A DNA stretch of 64,000 nt from Lama glama (taxonomy: Eukaryota), in contig CM052816.1 in NCBI GenBank assembly GCA_028534125.1, forward strand, positions 12,526,001 through 12,590,000, read 5' to 3'. Shown one piece after another: positions 1 to 12,620 of this stretch. The translations under genes were made by a program, and so were the position numbers. The notes beneath the pieces were generated by a model that saw only the letters and a list, made by a program, of their open reading frames with translations, did no database searches and was not told where the DNA came from. Each line of letters begins with the position of its first letter. The first letter of the stretch is position 1.

Positions 1-3000
1 GCCCTCACCGTCACAAAGCTTACTTAGAGAACACCTACACTCCTCTCATGACAAGTCTAAGCCCATCTCAAGTAAGTCCCTCTTTTTCCAGGACACGAAA
101 GATCTTTTTGTTTACTAATCCCCCAATCCTCATCTGAAGTCCAGCCCGATGTGTAAACACAGCCTAAATAACAAAAGAGCCTCCTTCACGTGACCGTGTT
201 GTCATCATTGAAAATGCCCCAGGAACATGGCCACAGAGTAGTCATAAAAATGGGAAAAACTAATAATCAGGAGAAGAAAAAAAAAATGGATAGGTAGTGG
301 TGAAAGTCATGCAGCTGCCTTGAACATTTTACGATAAACTGAATCTACTTTTGAGCACAAAACATACTAAGGGCGGAAAGTTCTTCTGGCAATACCCAAA
401 GTGTGTATCCCTCGTCCATGGGTGGTAAATGAATATTCACTGTGAAGCTAGGCACCTAAGAGAAAGCCTGCATTAATACAGCAGAATCCCATTTCATGGA
501 CGCTTGCATCCTTTCCTACGATGAGTGTTAGTTTAGGATCAATGCATTGTGAAAAGTCACCTAAGACAACGCAATCATGTGTCTATATGCAGTGAAGCAG
601 ACAGAACGGGCCAAATAATACGCTGGTCCAGCTCAATCTATGCTTTGGACGTTAGCTATTTACTTGAATAATTTAAAAACACAAGTCTATTCTGCTGCCG
701 CGACCAGAGCTAAGCCTCATGAAGTTAAGCTGCCATTGATGTGAGATGATTCTCATGCACTTAAAATATCTTATTTAACTTATACATGAAAGTAACCAAG
801 GCATAGAAATGACAACGCCAATAAAGTTGGATTCCAAAGCTGTTAAAAAAATAAAGAAAAAACACTGCAGATTGGCTACAGCATATCTACACACATGTGA
901 CACGGAATAATTACTCCTCTTAACTTTACTACCGTAATGAAAACCACTCTAGGATGAGCAGATAGAAGTTTTCAGTAGAATAAGTAAGAGCTTGTAATGG
1001 CTCAGATGTGGTATCAGAAATAAAAAAGAATGAGATTGATTTAAATCCTATAAATCACTTATCAATGAATAATCTGACAAAACCAAGAACTCGATGTGGT
1101 GTATTTTTTACTTGAATCTACATTGACTTATACATATATACAACATTCTCATTTCACTTCTGTGTCTGGAATTCCTTAGCTGTAAGTTCTTTTTTTTCTT
1201 TTTACAACTCTTCACTACACTTTTTTTTCCTATAGCTCTAACGGAGCTCCCCTGACTCAGCTCCCCACAGCCCCAGCCTCCGGGATAGAAGTGTTCCCTC
1301 CCCTGGAGAAGAAGAGGGAAAGCAAGAGAGGAGGGAAGACCACAGCCTTTGAAATTCATGAAAACATTCTCAGAAGCCCAAACTATGCACAGAAACCTTG
1401 CGAGATGCTGAGTGTTCAAGCTCTTTTTATATTTTTCAGGATGAACGTCCCCCAGGAGATTCTTGGTAATGTCATGTATGTATGTGAGAGGATACACCAC
1501 CCACCCACACCCGCCACACACACACACACGCCACACACTCCCCTAGGTGTAATGCAAGAAAGTGAGAACCACAAAGACTGTGCAGAAAGAGATGGGAAAG
1601 ACAGTTACCCAGTGAATCACATAAAGCCCTGGCACCGTGGAAAGAAAGATGTATCAGGTGAGGAGGGATGGAGGCTCATGTTCTTACTGTTCTCATTCCC
1701 ATGTCCCTACTCATTCCTGAGTCAGGGGACTTAGTGAACCTGAGATAACACTCTTAGTACAATAGCCTGTACAAGGCTTGTCGGCGGGATGTTCATTCAT
1801 TAGTGCTATGAAAGGGCTGGCTGACTTCTGGGTAATCTTCCTGGAGGCCTAAACCCAGGGGAGGCTTCTCCTCTCCCTTCCTCAACTTGCAGAATTGTAA
1901 ATGTGTGTGGCATGTTGGGTGAGTTTAGAAAAGAAAGGTTTAAACCAAGGGTTATAAATCGATGGACTGTGGATTAACTCTGGTTCCAGCGCAGTAAAAG
2001 TAGTATTACATACAGTTCCCCATTTCCATATTCTGTTGAAAATCAGATCAGGCTACCGTAGCCAACTTTCCTGCCAGGTAGCAATTGACTAGAGTCGAGC
2101 ATAAGTTGTATCCTTTAGCCAGGATATAAATTCACCAGCTTGCCACAGTCCTCACCATTCTTTATAATCAGACATCCGGCCACTTCACTTATGTGTGGTA
2201 TATCCAGGATCTCCAAAAACACTTAATTTGATTATGTTATGGTTAAGATGATCAAGGAACCCCAGGGGAAGATACAAAGAGAGAAAAAGTTCAACAGGAG
2301 ATCTTTCTCCTTGAACAGAGAAAGGCTCCATGAAGGACAGACAACACCGGAGAGCTAAGATGACCGTCCTGTTGGGGAAGTGAGTTATGAAATGAGTTGC
2401 ATGAAGCAGAGAAAACACTCCCCAAACTCCACCCCCCTACCCAGTGTCGTACCAAACCTGACTGGGCACGTATATACTCCAGCCTCCAATAAAGGATGTC
2501 CTGCTGGATTGATTCTGCGAGCTTCAGGGGCTAACAGAAACATCGCCCAGTTGTGCATGGTTCAAGGAGCACAGCATTGTGGTCACACCAAAACACCAGC
2601 CACCTCTCAGCTTTACTTCTCTGGTGACAAGAGCCAGTGAGAGGACGATTTCCAGTTTATGACTTTCAACATCTCACCTTGACATACGACCCAGCCTTTT
2701 AACAAGCTTCCACTAGAAAGCCAAACAGAACAAGAATATTGCAGGATTTTTTTTAACTGAAAAAGTAGGGCTCACAGGAGGGCTTCTTAGTCTACTGCAT
2801 AATGCATTTCAGCTGAAAACACATCTATGCTAATGATTCTTCTTTCAAGATTCTCTGGCTGTTCTGTAAACCAGGGTCCTTAACTCATCTCCCCGTCTTT
2901 TCCCTGTGTAAACCAGAACCCTCTCCTCCTTCCTCTTAGTCCTGTATTACACAGAGTAACTTTCTACTTCTGCATGAAATGTGGGTGCTGGTTTCATGCC

Positions 3001-4805
3001 TGGAACCCAGAGGCTCATTTCTCCCCTGTGGAGGTCCTATCAAATCATTTTCTCAGCAAAACCAATCTCTCACAATAAAAGAATCACTAGCCCAACTACC
3101 AAGGTTATAGCATTTTATCTATATCCTTGCACAAGTATGCAGTATATTTCTTTTTGATAAAGACTGTACCTTCTTATACCAACAGTATAAAATGAATGTG
3201 CTTGAAAACATTAAACTATAATGAGTTAGCTATCAAGCAGCAGGAAGTCAAATCATCAGTGAAAGGAAGAGTACTGGGGTCCAGATGTCCCAAGAGAAGG
3301 AAGAAAAATCTATAATAAGAGAAGAAAAAAGTACAAATGAGTCAGAATGAAGAAGGTTTAGCTAAGAAAAAAGGCTTCATGCAGCACTTCTAGAACATTG
3401 GCCCTAGAAGCTGCCTCCTGGGCATCAACCTCTCCATTTGCAGATAGGAACACGGAGGCAAAGTTCTCTGCAGGAAAAACACAGAAATACAATTACTGAA
3501 ATAAGGATTGTCTTTCTCTCACACAATAGAAGAGGCTACCCCATAAGCCTTTCCGGTAACCAGGCTCCACCCATCCGGTGGTTCTACTATCACTTAGGAT
3601 GTTGTCCTCTTCTGCAAAATTAGCAGGCATTGTCATACATGTGTCCTTGATCATGGGAGAGGAGAAAGGGAGGAAATTCAGGTCAAGCGTTTTCCATTTA
3701 AGCAGGTAGCTTTTTATCACACGGGTATACATTGCATGGGTGAGAAACAGGACATTTTCCTCTTCTTACCTGCAGAGAGATGCACAATTGAAGGCTCCAG
3801 CTGAAATTCTATTCTCATGGAAAGAGAAGAAACTATGATTTTGGAGAGACTGTGAGCAGACTGGTGTAGATATCAAGAAGGTAAGATACTTGCCAGAGGT
3901 CACGTGCTGTTCCGACTATTGTTGGGTCCTTAGCCAAGGACTGAGGCAATCTCTATAATATCTCTCTGCTCAAAATGCTGGGCAAAGAATCCCATGAGCT
4001 GGGAAGAAATGAGACTTCAGAAAGTGGATGAAGAGATTCTAAATGAAGGCCTTCCCTAACAAAACCTGGACTGGCCCATCTGAATGCAGCCAAGGCTCTT
4101 GCCAAGGACAAAGCAGAATTGAAGTTGGCTACACAACTGACCTAAGGTGGTGTTGAAGTAAATGCATCATTGCTGGGGAGAGAGAGAGAAAACGGTGTGC
4201 ACCAGGAGACAAGAACAGTCCCAAAGTGAAAACCCCCGAGAAGGAGGCTTCACATTATCTTTATTGGGTAGAAACTAAGAAAGTAGAGTCAAAATGAACC
4301 TGTCTCCAGTGGAAAGCATAGCACAGAAGAGATTGTGGTGACAAAGGCTACAGGCATACCATCCATATTAGCTGAGCAGAACTTTAAAAGAAAAAAAAAT
4401 TTATTTCTTGGGAGAGCATAAAGACCACAAGAGTGGCCACAGGCTATTGGAAAAATGAGAGTCAAAAGGATTGTCATCCCAGACCCCTCTGCTTTCCTTT
4501 CTACCACGCACAGGAAGGTTCCATTTCCATTAGAAAGAAATGAAAAACTACAAGTTCCAGAGTGAAATCTCATTTTAGCAAAAGATGTTAGACCTATAAA
4601 GAAATCTGAATTCTTTCGCCTTCTCCCTTCCATTTAGCCCACACCACGACATTTAGTCTACACCACGACATTCATCTTCTGACTCTTCCTACCATTTCAA
4701 ATATTAACCTTGAGGCTGAGATGATGCTTCCAACTACAATCATTTCTTACTGAAATTTTAGCATTTTGGTTTTGAAATATTTGTCATGTTGTAGGCTGAC
4801 GATGA

Positions 4806-5239
4806 TGTTGGTAAATAATAATGCCCCTCCCCCAAAGATGTCCACAGCCCAATCTCTGAAACCTATGAATTTGTTACTTTATGTGGCAAAAGGGACTCTG
4901 TCCATGTGATTATGTGAAAGATCTTGAGATGGAGAGAGTCTCCTAGATTATCCATGTGGGCCCTAAATGTAATCATAAAGGTCCCTATATAAAGGAAAAA
5001 AGGGGAGGAACACGATATAATGGCTAAAATAGGGATGAGTGATGCAGCCAGGAGCCAAAAGCCACAGGGAGCCTCTAGAAGCTGTAAGAGGCCAGCCCCG
5101 CTGACACCTTGCTTTTAGTTCTTTTAAGACTCATTTTGGACTTCAGAGCTCCAGAACTGTAAGAAAATAAATTTGTGCTATTTTAAAACTTTGTGGTCAT
5201 GGCACAGAAAACTTACAGTGGCAACAAAATACTAATACA
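4806..5239 (+). mobile_element. MaLR solo LTR, MLT1D-like
   Basis: Starts TGTTGG...AATAATGCCCC...AAAGATGTCCAC; contains CCAGAACTGTAAGAAAATAAATTTGTG and ends ...ACTAATACA, matching recalled MLT1 consensus landmarks. Confidence 0.8.
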
Positions 5240-5361
5240 CCAGAGAAAAAAATGTGACAATGAGTGTGTATATGTCCATGAATGACTGAAAAATTGTGCT
5301 GAACATTGGAATTTGACACAACACTGTAAAATGATTATGAATCAATAAAAAAATGTTTAAA
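5240..5361 (+). mobile_element. 5'-truncated lineage-specific L1 3' end with 14-bp TSD
   Basis: AAAATACTAATACA duplicated at 5226-5239 and 5362-5375; AATAAA and A-rich tail; body closely similar to the elements at 12324 and 59322. Confidence 0.88.
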
Positions 5362-5524
5362 AAAATACTAATACATGTATCATCTCAATTTCCCAATTAG
5401 CAATGTAATCACATGGACTAACTAATCTTATCTTACCAACTATCAGATATAAATCCAATAGGAAGATTTGATTTGCCATTGACTAATGTCTGAGCCAGCT
5501 TCATGTCTAGAAATACTTCCTAAG

Positions 5525-5805
5525 GATGGTTATACAACAGGGTTGCAGGCATCCATTAAAAAGAATGAGAAACATCTACAAATGTTGACCTACATACTGA
5601 GATGCAGACGGTGCATCAATGCAAAAGGTAAGAAGCAGCAGCACACGTGCAGGAATGGGGTGTGCCTCTCAAAGAGCCTGGAAGGATACACATAAAATTG
5701 ACCAGGGCGGTTATCTCTAGGAGGCAGAGCTAAAAGATGACTTTCCTTTTCTTTAATTCTGTAACAGTTTATTTTTCTTTTTACAATGAACATTTATTAT
5801 TTTAA
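5525..5805 (+). mobile_element. Ancient L1ME-type 3' UTR fragment
   Basis: CCATTAAAAAGAATGAG...GGTTATCTCTAGG...TTTTACAATGAACAT motifs typical of L1ME 3' ends. Confidence 0.6.
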
Positions 5806-6009
5806 CAATCTGAAAGTCCATGGAATTTTTTCTGTTTTGGACAAAAGAAAGGTTTTATTAACCTACAGAGATTCAGCTTAGTACATGACTTTCCAGGATT
5901 GCTGTAGCTACCACCCTGCCTTGGTCTCTTCCACCTCCATGTCAGGGTACATCTGTTTCTATTATGTCCCTATGGCATCATCAGTCTATTTCATGGGAGA
6001 AATGAAGAC

Positions 6010-6925
6010 AAACTCAAGAGTCAGAAGTACCACAGAATTTATTATAGGAGCCTCCATTTTCTCCCTAACCCAGTTCTGTCTCCTGTTTTTCCCTATTTTG
6101 GTTAATGACACCACCACCTCCCCAGCTGCCTAAGCCAGAGTGTCAGGACTGTTTTTATTCCTCTTTACAACCCACATCCCATGATTCACCAAATTCTCCC
6201 ATTCTATCCCCTCAATTTCTCTTGACTCTATTCCTTATTCTCCACTTCATTATTATTAGTAAATTCAGATCAGATTGCCTGATTATTTCTTCCCCAGACT
6301 CACGTAATACCCTTCTAGCTGGGTGCATTGACTTTAAACGGTATTCACGCAACTCCCCTCCTCAGAGGCAAAAAATTAAAAATAAAGTTGTTGCCCTCCT
6401 TCTTACAAATCTTTTCAGGTTCTGAAATCTGGTCCAAGAGCCCTCCAAAGGGCCCGGCACAGGTTTTTATGATCTGGTACTTCCAGTCTTTGTCTTCTTT
6501 TTCATACGATTCTCTACCCAGAACCCTTGGATCCAACTATTACAATAACACAGAACTTCTCTTCCCATCACCAAGCATTTAAGTATGCAGTTCCACTGTC
6601 TGGCATGCCCCCCGTCTATCCAGTAATACCTCCTCACACTTTGGGATTTGGCACGGAGGTTGTCTTCTCTGTCACTTGAGTTAGACTTCTTGGCCCCAAA
6701 ACCACACAGTACCTTATAACATACCATGGGTAGAGCTGTAGGCTAGAGCATTTGCCATCATAGTGTAATTAACCACTATGGAATCTGCAGCCCCACCTCT
6801 ACCCAACCTATGAACTCCTAGGGAAACATTGCATTCTGTTTATTTTTGTATCCACCAGCACATGGCAGAGTGACTGGCATATATAGGCAATTAATACTTG
6901 GTTGCCAAATGACTTCACAAATAAA
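6010..6925 (+). mobile_element. L2 LINE 3' fragment
   Basis: Pyrimidine-rich body and terminal GTATCCACCAGCACATGGCAGAGTGACTGGCATATATAGG...AATACTTGGTTG, typical of the L2 3' end. Confidence 0.65.
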
Positions 6926-6934
6926 TGGTTACCT

Positions 6935-7145
6935 TTTATTGGAGGCTTACTTTGTAGTAGGCACAGTGAGAACATTTTCCAACTGAAACCCTAACAAAAA
7001 TACTTTCAGACAGGTAATACTGTTTATTTGCATTTCATAGACAAGGAAAATAAACCACAAGGGAGTTTAATAAATTTCCCAAATTTACACATTTAGAAAT
7101 CGCATAGAGACTGAGACAATGTGACTCTAGGACATTAGCTTCTAT
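6935..7145 (-). mobile_element. MIR SINE
   Basis: CATTTCATAGACAAGGAAAATAA...GAGTTTAATAAATTTCCCAA resembles the reverse MIR core. Confidence 0.65.
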
Positions 7146-7153
7146 ACTGGAAT

Positions 7154-7221
7154 GAAGGAAGGAAGGAAGGGAGGAAGGAAGGAAGGAAGGAAGGAAGGAA
7201 GGAAGGAAGGAAGGAAGGGAA
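7154..7221. repeat. (GGAA)n microsatellite
   Basis: Directly visible tandem GGAA units. Confidence 0.95.
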
Positions 7222-10200
7222 TACCTAGCAACCTCCTGTTCCTTCTGGTTAGTATCCAACACATAAAACTCCGGCCTAATCCTTAACCTGTCAGTAAGAC
7301 AGACGTGTCCAATCCATTGTCCCTTATCCCCTCGTGCTTTGATAAAGTGGTGAGGAAGGGAGGAGGGATGTTATTAAACAGAACATAAGGTGAGAACTCA
7401 CTGACAGCTAGTGGCAGGGGAGGGAGGGAAGGCTTTGAGTTATTAAGTGGAGTGTTAATTATTCATTACTAGTAAGTCGTGGCCTCTGCCTAGCAGCTAT
7501 CCCATAAATGGCATGACAGGAGAACAGAACAGCAATGGTTTCTATCAAATATTTCTTAGGTCTAAACTAAGAAGACAGCCTCCAAGGTGGATGTAATTCC
7601 TCACCACACCGTTAAACTTCCTTGGAGTCTTCCCATGGACATCAACGCTGTGAAGCCTAAACTAAAGAGAATGTTTTTAATTCCAGCCGAGCTCACTGAC
7701 CACTTCTACTTGGAGACAAACAGACAGTTAGCAGCTCCAGTTGCTGTGCTTGGCACCCAGGAATGAGGAGTATTCAGAAACCTTCCCTGGTAGATATGCT
7801 GGAGGAACAGACGATAGATCTTCATCTTACAAAGGAGAGAAACAGAAGGCTTGAGAGGCTGTCGTTTGGGCAAAGTTACATGGCAATTTAGTGTTTGCCT
7901 CTCAAATCCCCAGACAATCTTGAACTACATGCCTCTCAGTCACAGTAGAAATGACCAAACAGGGCCAATTTCCAATTATGCCATACCACTGAAATCATTA
8001 TTTCAGAATAATGGTTAAAAAAATGTATTTCTAAAAATAGCTCAAAAGCCTAAAACCACTGAATAGTATAGGGAATTCAGGTAAAGGGAAGATAAATACG
8101 AGGTTAGCATGCCCCTCTTGTCAAAGCAGAGTGAGGTAGGAATTTTCAGCTGCAATTGGCAAAAAACACCCCAAACTGTCTTAAACCCCAAAGGGAGAAC
8201 TTCTGAAGTTCCTATCACTAAACAAAAGGGAGAGAAAGAGCAGGGCTAGTCAGAACCAGAGACTCACTCCAGCAGAATTCTTTCCATCTTTGTCTCTCAA
8301 ATGATGGCATCCATGAGGAAACGAATTGGCCCCATTATTAGGACTGTGATGGATGGCTGATGGAATCATGGAATCCTCTGTGGCTTTTCAGCAACATTTG
8401 TATTTTCTTGAAAAGATGTTTGTTTCTGAAGTAAAATGGAGGTAATGCTAGTAAGCAAGGGAGCCGTTCCAAGTCATTAGCTAACTCACCTTCATTTTTA
8501 CTGCCTTATGAATACAGTTTAGATTCCCATGAATAAGAATCTGTGTATTACCTCGTCTCCAAATAGATGCCTAAGGATTAGGAGCAGATTCTTTCCTTTA
8601 TAAACAACTGTTCCTACAAGCTACAGAACTCCAAGCCTGATATATGGGAAAGGCAACTATGGGGAAAGGGCAGCAGAAAGAGTCTTATTTCTAACAGGAC
8701 TCAGGCAGATTAATGCAGGTTCTCTGGCTTAGGGAGTTTTTAAACCCTCCTACTAAATACATTAAACAACCTTTAAATAAAGTTTTACTGGGGTGGATAT
8801 GCAGAATTTTAACTAAGGAGGTTGTAGGAAGAGCAGCTGCCTACTCTCAGTACATTCTCCACAAGTGGCTTTTCAGCAATTAAAAAATTTTAAATATGGT
8901 TTTTTAAGATTATGGGGATGAAAAATAAGAGGGAGCAGTACAAAAGCAAAAGCAAGAGACTGACAGCAAAGAAGGCCAGGATTGGAACCCTTCTCTACCA
9001 AACAGCCACGCAGAGCCTGGGGACTGATTCCTTTTCTGCCTCTGATGATGCCAGCATTGGGGTAGGTACACTTGAGGGGGAGTCACGAGACATCGACACT
9101 GCTCAGAGCCTTGACATCAGCCCTCTGCAAGACCTTGGAGAAATCATTTAACTTCTCCGTGTTCCAAGTTTCTTGTCTATAAAATGATGAGGTTGATCAG
9201 GTCCCTTCTGGCTCCAACATTCTGTGAGGACTACTGTCCTATCCAATGGAGCCAAAGCATATTCTGCCATCACAAAGTAAACAAAAGAATCTCTCAGTGC
9301 ACAGCCCACTTGCGGGTAAAGCAATTCAGAAGTCACAGTCACTCTCTTTGGCCAAGAGGAATCACATTCATTTTTCCTCCAGCCTGGGTAGAACTAGAAA
9401 GATAATGTGAAGGCAGCCACATTTGACATGAATGATCTCAAAATTTACTCCCAGGTCTCTCCATACTCTCCACGTGGCTCCTCGCAGCCTTAGCACTCTC
9501 CTCTACTCCATCCTCGTTTGATTCCTCAGGGAACCGGAATCTTACCTCTCTTCTCTTCTCCTCATGTCTGTTTTGGAAGGAATCTGATGAACTGAGAAGT
9601 CACACGAAAGCAGATTTGCAAATATCCATCACCCACACACTGCCTCCCTCTCTTTGTATTCCTTGTATATAACTATCCACTCAGTATTTTCCTTTCAACA
9701 GACACACTCGTTTAACTACCAACTTTAGCCTTGTTAGAAATCACGCACTTAACATGCTCTCTCTGTTTTCTCACAATTCTTAAATTAAATGTATTAAATA
9801 TATACATAACTATGAAAATCATATGTTCACCTGTCAATCACCTAAAATCATTTTACACACCCCAGGGCTAGGCATTTGACACTGGTACAATGCTTTATTA
9901 GAGTACGAATGACAAATGCCTTTTACCAGGGGTATTAGATTTAGACTGAGTGAAAATATCTAACATCTACTTGCTGTTTTCTCATAACAATGTGCATTTC
10001 AGAGGTGTCAGGGGATGAATGACAAAGGTAAGAAAACATTTCACAGGACATTAAGCTTAAACCAAAGGAATGGACAGATCCCTTAATTGTGACTCCATAC
10101 GTTTTGGAGGCCAGGAGCTTTTCTCCATGCCCCTGAAATAATCATATAATAACAGCATGGCAGTGATAACAGGAATGACTGGCACACATTGCGTGTTGAC

Positions 10201-10719
10201 TGTTGCCGGGCTTCAGAGAGCTGCCCCGTCTTCGCTTTATTTGTATTCCTGCCTGCACCACTGGCTGCCCTATGATACAGAGGACCTGGAAGACCTTTTT
10301 CATGCCTGCCCTTATTGCATCTTTAAAAACAAGCAGTACAGGGGAAAATAGCCAAATGAAACTCGATGCACCGTGTCTCTCAGGCTTCAGCGCAAAACCC
10401 CATTTCATGCTTCAGAGCCCTGACTATGACACGGCGCTCAGGTTGCCAAGCAGGGTGGGAGCCAGGCCCCAGATGAGCTCCTGCCATGGACTGACTGAGG
10501 CTAAATGAGCCCTTTGGGCAGCATGGCCCCTTCCTGCACGTGCAGAGCTGCTGTCTGGCTTCTTCTGTATGTCAGACAAGCAAACAGAGACAGGGTATGC
10601 AATATGAGTTATGTACCCAGCACAATGGTCTGTGGGGCTCGCTGCATCTCCCAGGATGTTCGAGCAGTTCTCTGTTCCAGCTGGCTGAAGCATTAACATC
10701 TCATGTGATGAACAACTTG

Positions 10720-10910
10720 GGTTTGAGCCTCTTATAGACAGACCTGGTTTCAAATTCAGGTTCTGCCAATTACAGAACGCTATTCTTTTGAACCAGTTAC
10801 TTATCCTCTGTGAGCCTTCTTTCCTCCTTTGTAATTGAAAGATGCAAGAGTCTCCACTTCCTGGGGCCCCTTGATGATTCTGGTGGAGGGACTATAAAGC
10901 ACCTGCCCCG
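10720..10910 (+). mobile_element. MIR SINE
   Basis: GACAGACCTGGTTTCAAATTCAGGTTCTGCC...AGTTACTTATCCTCTGTGAGCCT MIR core. Confidence 0.7.
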
Positions 10911-10919
10911 GACACAGCT

Positions 10920-11494
10920 AGCTGCCTTCCTATGACTGCTGTAACTAACTACCAGAAACATAGGGGCTTCAAACAAAGGCCATGGATTATCTCATGCTTT
11001 GCATGGATCAGAAGTCCAGGGACACAAGTCCAGGCATAGTGTGGCTCAACTACATTCTCTACTGAGGGTCTCACAAGGCCAAAATCAAAGTGCTGGCTGC
11101 ACTGAGTTCTTACTTGGAGGCCCTGGGAGAGAATCCACTCCCAAGCTCATTCTGGTAGTTGGTAGAATTCAGGTCCTTGTGAGTGCAGGTCCCCACTTCC
11201 TTGCTGCCTGTCACCGGGGCCACCCTCTGCTCCTAGAAGCCACCCACATTCCTTCCCCTGTGCCCATCTCCATCATGACGTCAGCAGGGCTGCAAATAGT
11301 GCTGTTCAGTCTCCCCCCTGACTTTCTTCTCTGTCTTTAAGATACAGCATAATCCAGAACAATTTCTCTATTTTTAATTTCTCTATTCACTAACTTTAAA
11401 GCCACCTGCAATTTCCCTTTGCCGTGTAAGTAACATATTTATGAGTACAACACCAGAGGCTAAGGTCACGGGGGCCAAAAATATGCCTACTGTA
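10920..11494 (-). mobile_element. MaLR solo LTR, MLT1D/E-like
   Basis: TTCCTATGACTGCTGTAAC...TACCAGAAAC...GGCTTCAAACAA start, GAGAATCCACTCCCAAGCTCATTC, and GGGGGCC...TGCCTACT end match reverse MLT1. Confidence 0.75.
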
Positions 11495-11587
11495 ATCATT
11501 CTATATTAATGATCATTCATAGGCCAGCTCTACAGAGAAGCACAGTTTATCCACCCTGACTGCCCATGACGCACAGAACTGAAAAAA

Positions 11588-12087
11588 NNNNNNNNNNNNN
11601 NNNNNNNNNNNNNNNNNNNNNNNNNNNNNNNNNNNNNNNNNNNNNNNNNNNNNNNNNNNNNNNNNNNNNNNNNNNNNNNNNNNNNNNNNNNNNNNNNNNN
11701 NNNNNNNNNNNNNNNNNNNNNNNNNNNNNNNNNNNNNNNNNNNNNNNNNNNNNNNNNNNNNNNNNNNNNNNNNNNNNNNNNNNNNNNNNNNNNNNNNNNN
11801 NNNNNNNNNNNNNNNNNNNNNNNNNNNNNNNNNNNNNNNNNNNNNNNNNNNNNNNNNNNNNNNNNNNNNNNNNNNNNNNNNNNNNNNNNNNNNNNNNNNN
11901 NNNNNNNNNNNNNNNNNNNNNNNNNNNNNNNNNNNNNNNNNNNNNNNNNNNNNNNNNNNNNNNNNNNNNNNNNNNNNNNNNNNNNNNNNNNNNNNNNNNN
12001 NNNNNNNNNNNNNNNNNNNNNNNNNNNNNNNNNNNNNNNNNNNNNNNNNNNNNNNNNNNNNNNNNNNNNNNNNNNNNNNNNNNNNNN
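11588..12087. other. Assembly gap (exactly 500 N)
   Basis: Run of N; the round size suggests a fixed-length scaffolding spacer rather than a measured gap. Confidence 0.97.
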
Positions 12088-12323
12088 TGGTCTCATGGCC
12101 TGAAATGGCATTTGAGTTTAAGCTCCCAAATCCAACCAAGTCATATAAAACAGAAGAAGGATCAGGAATGGAGAAAAGGCCTCCGGGTGTCACTGGGCTA
12201 TTTAGTGAAAAAAGCGGAACCCTAATCTGGAGCTTTTTTTTTTTTTTTTTAATCACTCCAGCCTAGTCCTTCCATCAGCATGTTTTTTGGCTGGGGGGAA
12301 GGATTAAGAAATGAACAGTTTTA

Positions 12324-12620
12324 CAGACTCACAGACATAGAATACAAACTTGTGGTTGCCAAGGGGGGTGGGGTGGGAAGGGACAGACTGGGACTTCAAA
12401 ATTTGTAGACACTGACAGGCATATGCAGAATAGATAAACAAGATTATACTGTATAGCTCAGGGAAATATATACAAGATCTTGCGGTAGCTCACAGTTAAA
12501 AAAAATGTGACAATGAATATATGTATGTTCATGTATAACTGAAAAATTGTGCTCCACACGGAATTCGACACAGCATTGTAAAATGACTATAACTCAATTA
12601 AAAAAAAGTTAAAAAAAAAA
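12324..12620 (+). mobile_element. 5'-truncated lineage-specific L1 3' end with TSD
   Basis: CAGACTCACAGACATAGAATACAAACTTGTGGTTGCCAAGGGG... followed by poly-A; TSD AAGAAATGAA(CA)GTTTTA at 12306-12323 and 12621-12636. Confidence 0.88.

Noticed and set aside
1108..1734. Overlapping 142-aa and 147-aa ORFs
   Set aside because: Non-ATG starts, low-complexity CA and T runs, no recognisable domain or consistent splice signals
3770..3801. Short minus-strand exon ending CAG|GTAAGA
   Set aside because: Good donor but poor acceptor with competing AGs; no other support
11513..12256. Long ORFs of 193-247 aa
   Set aside because: Artefacts of translating the N gap
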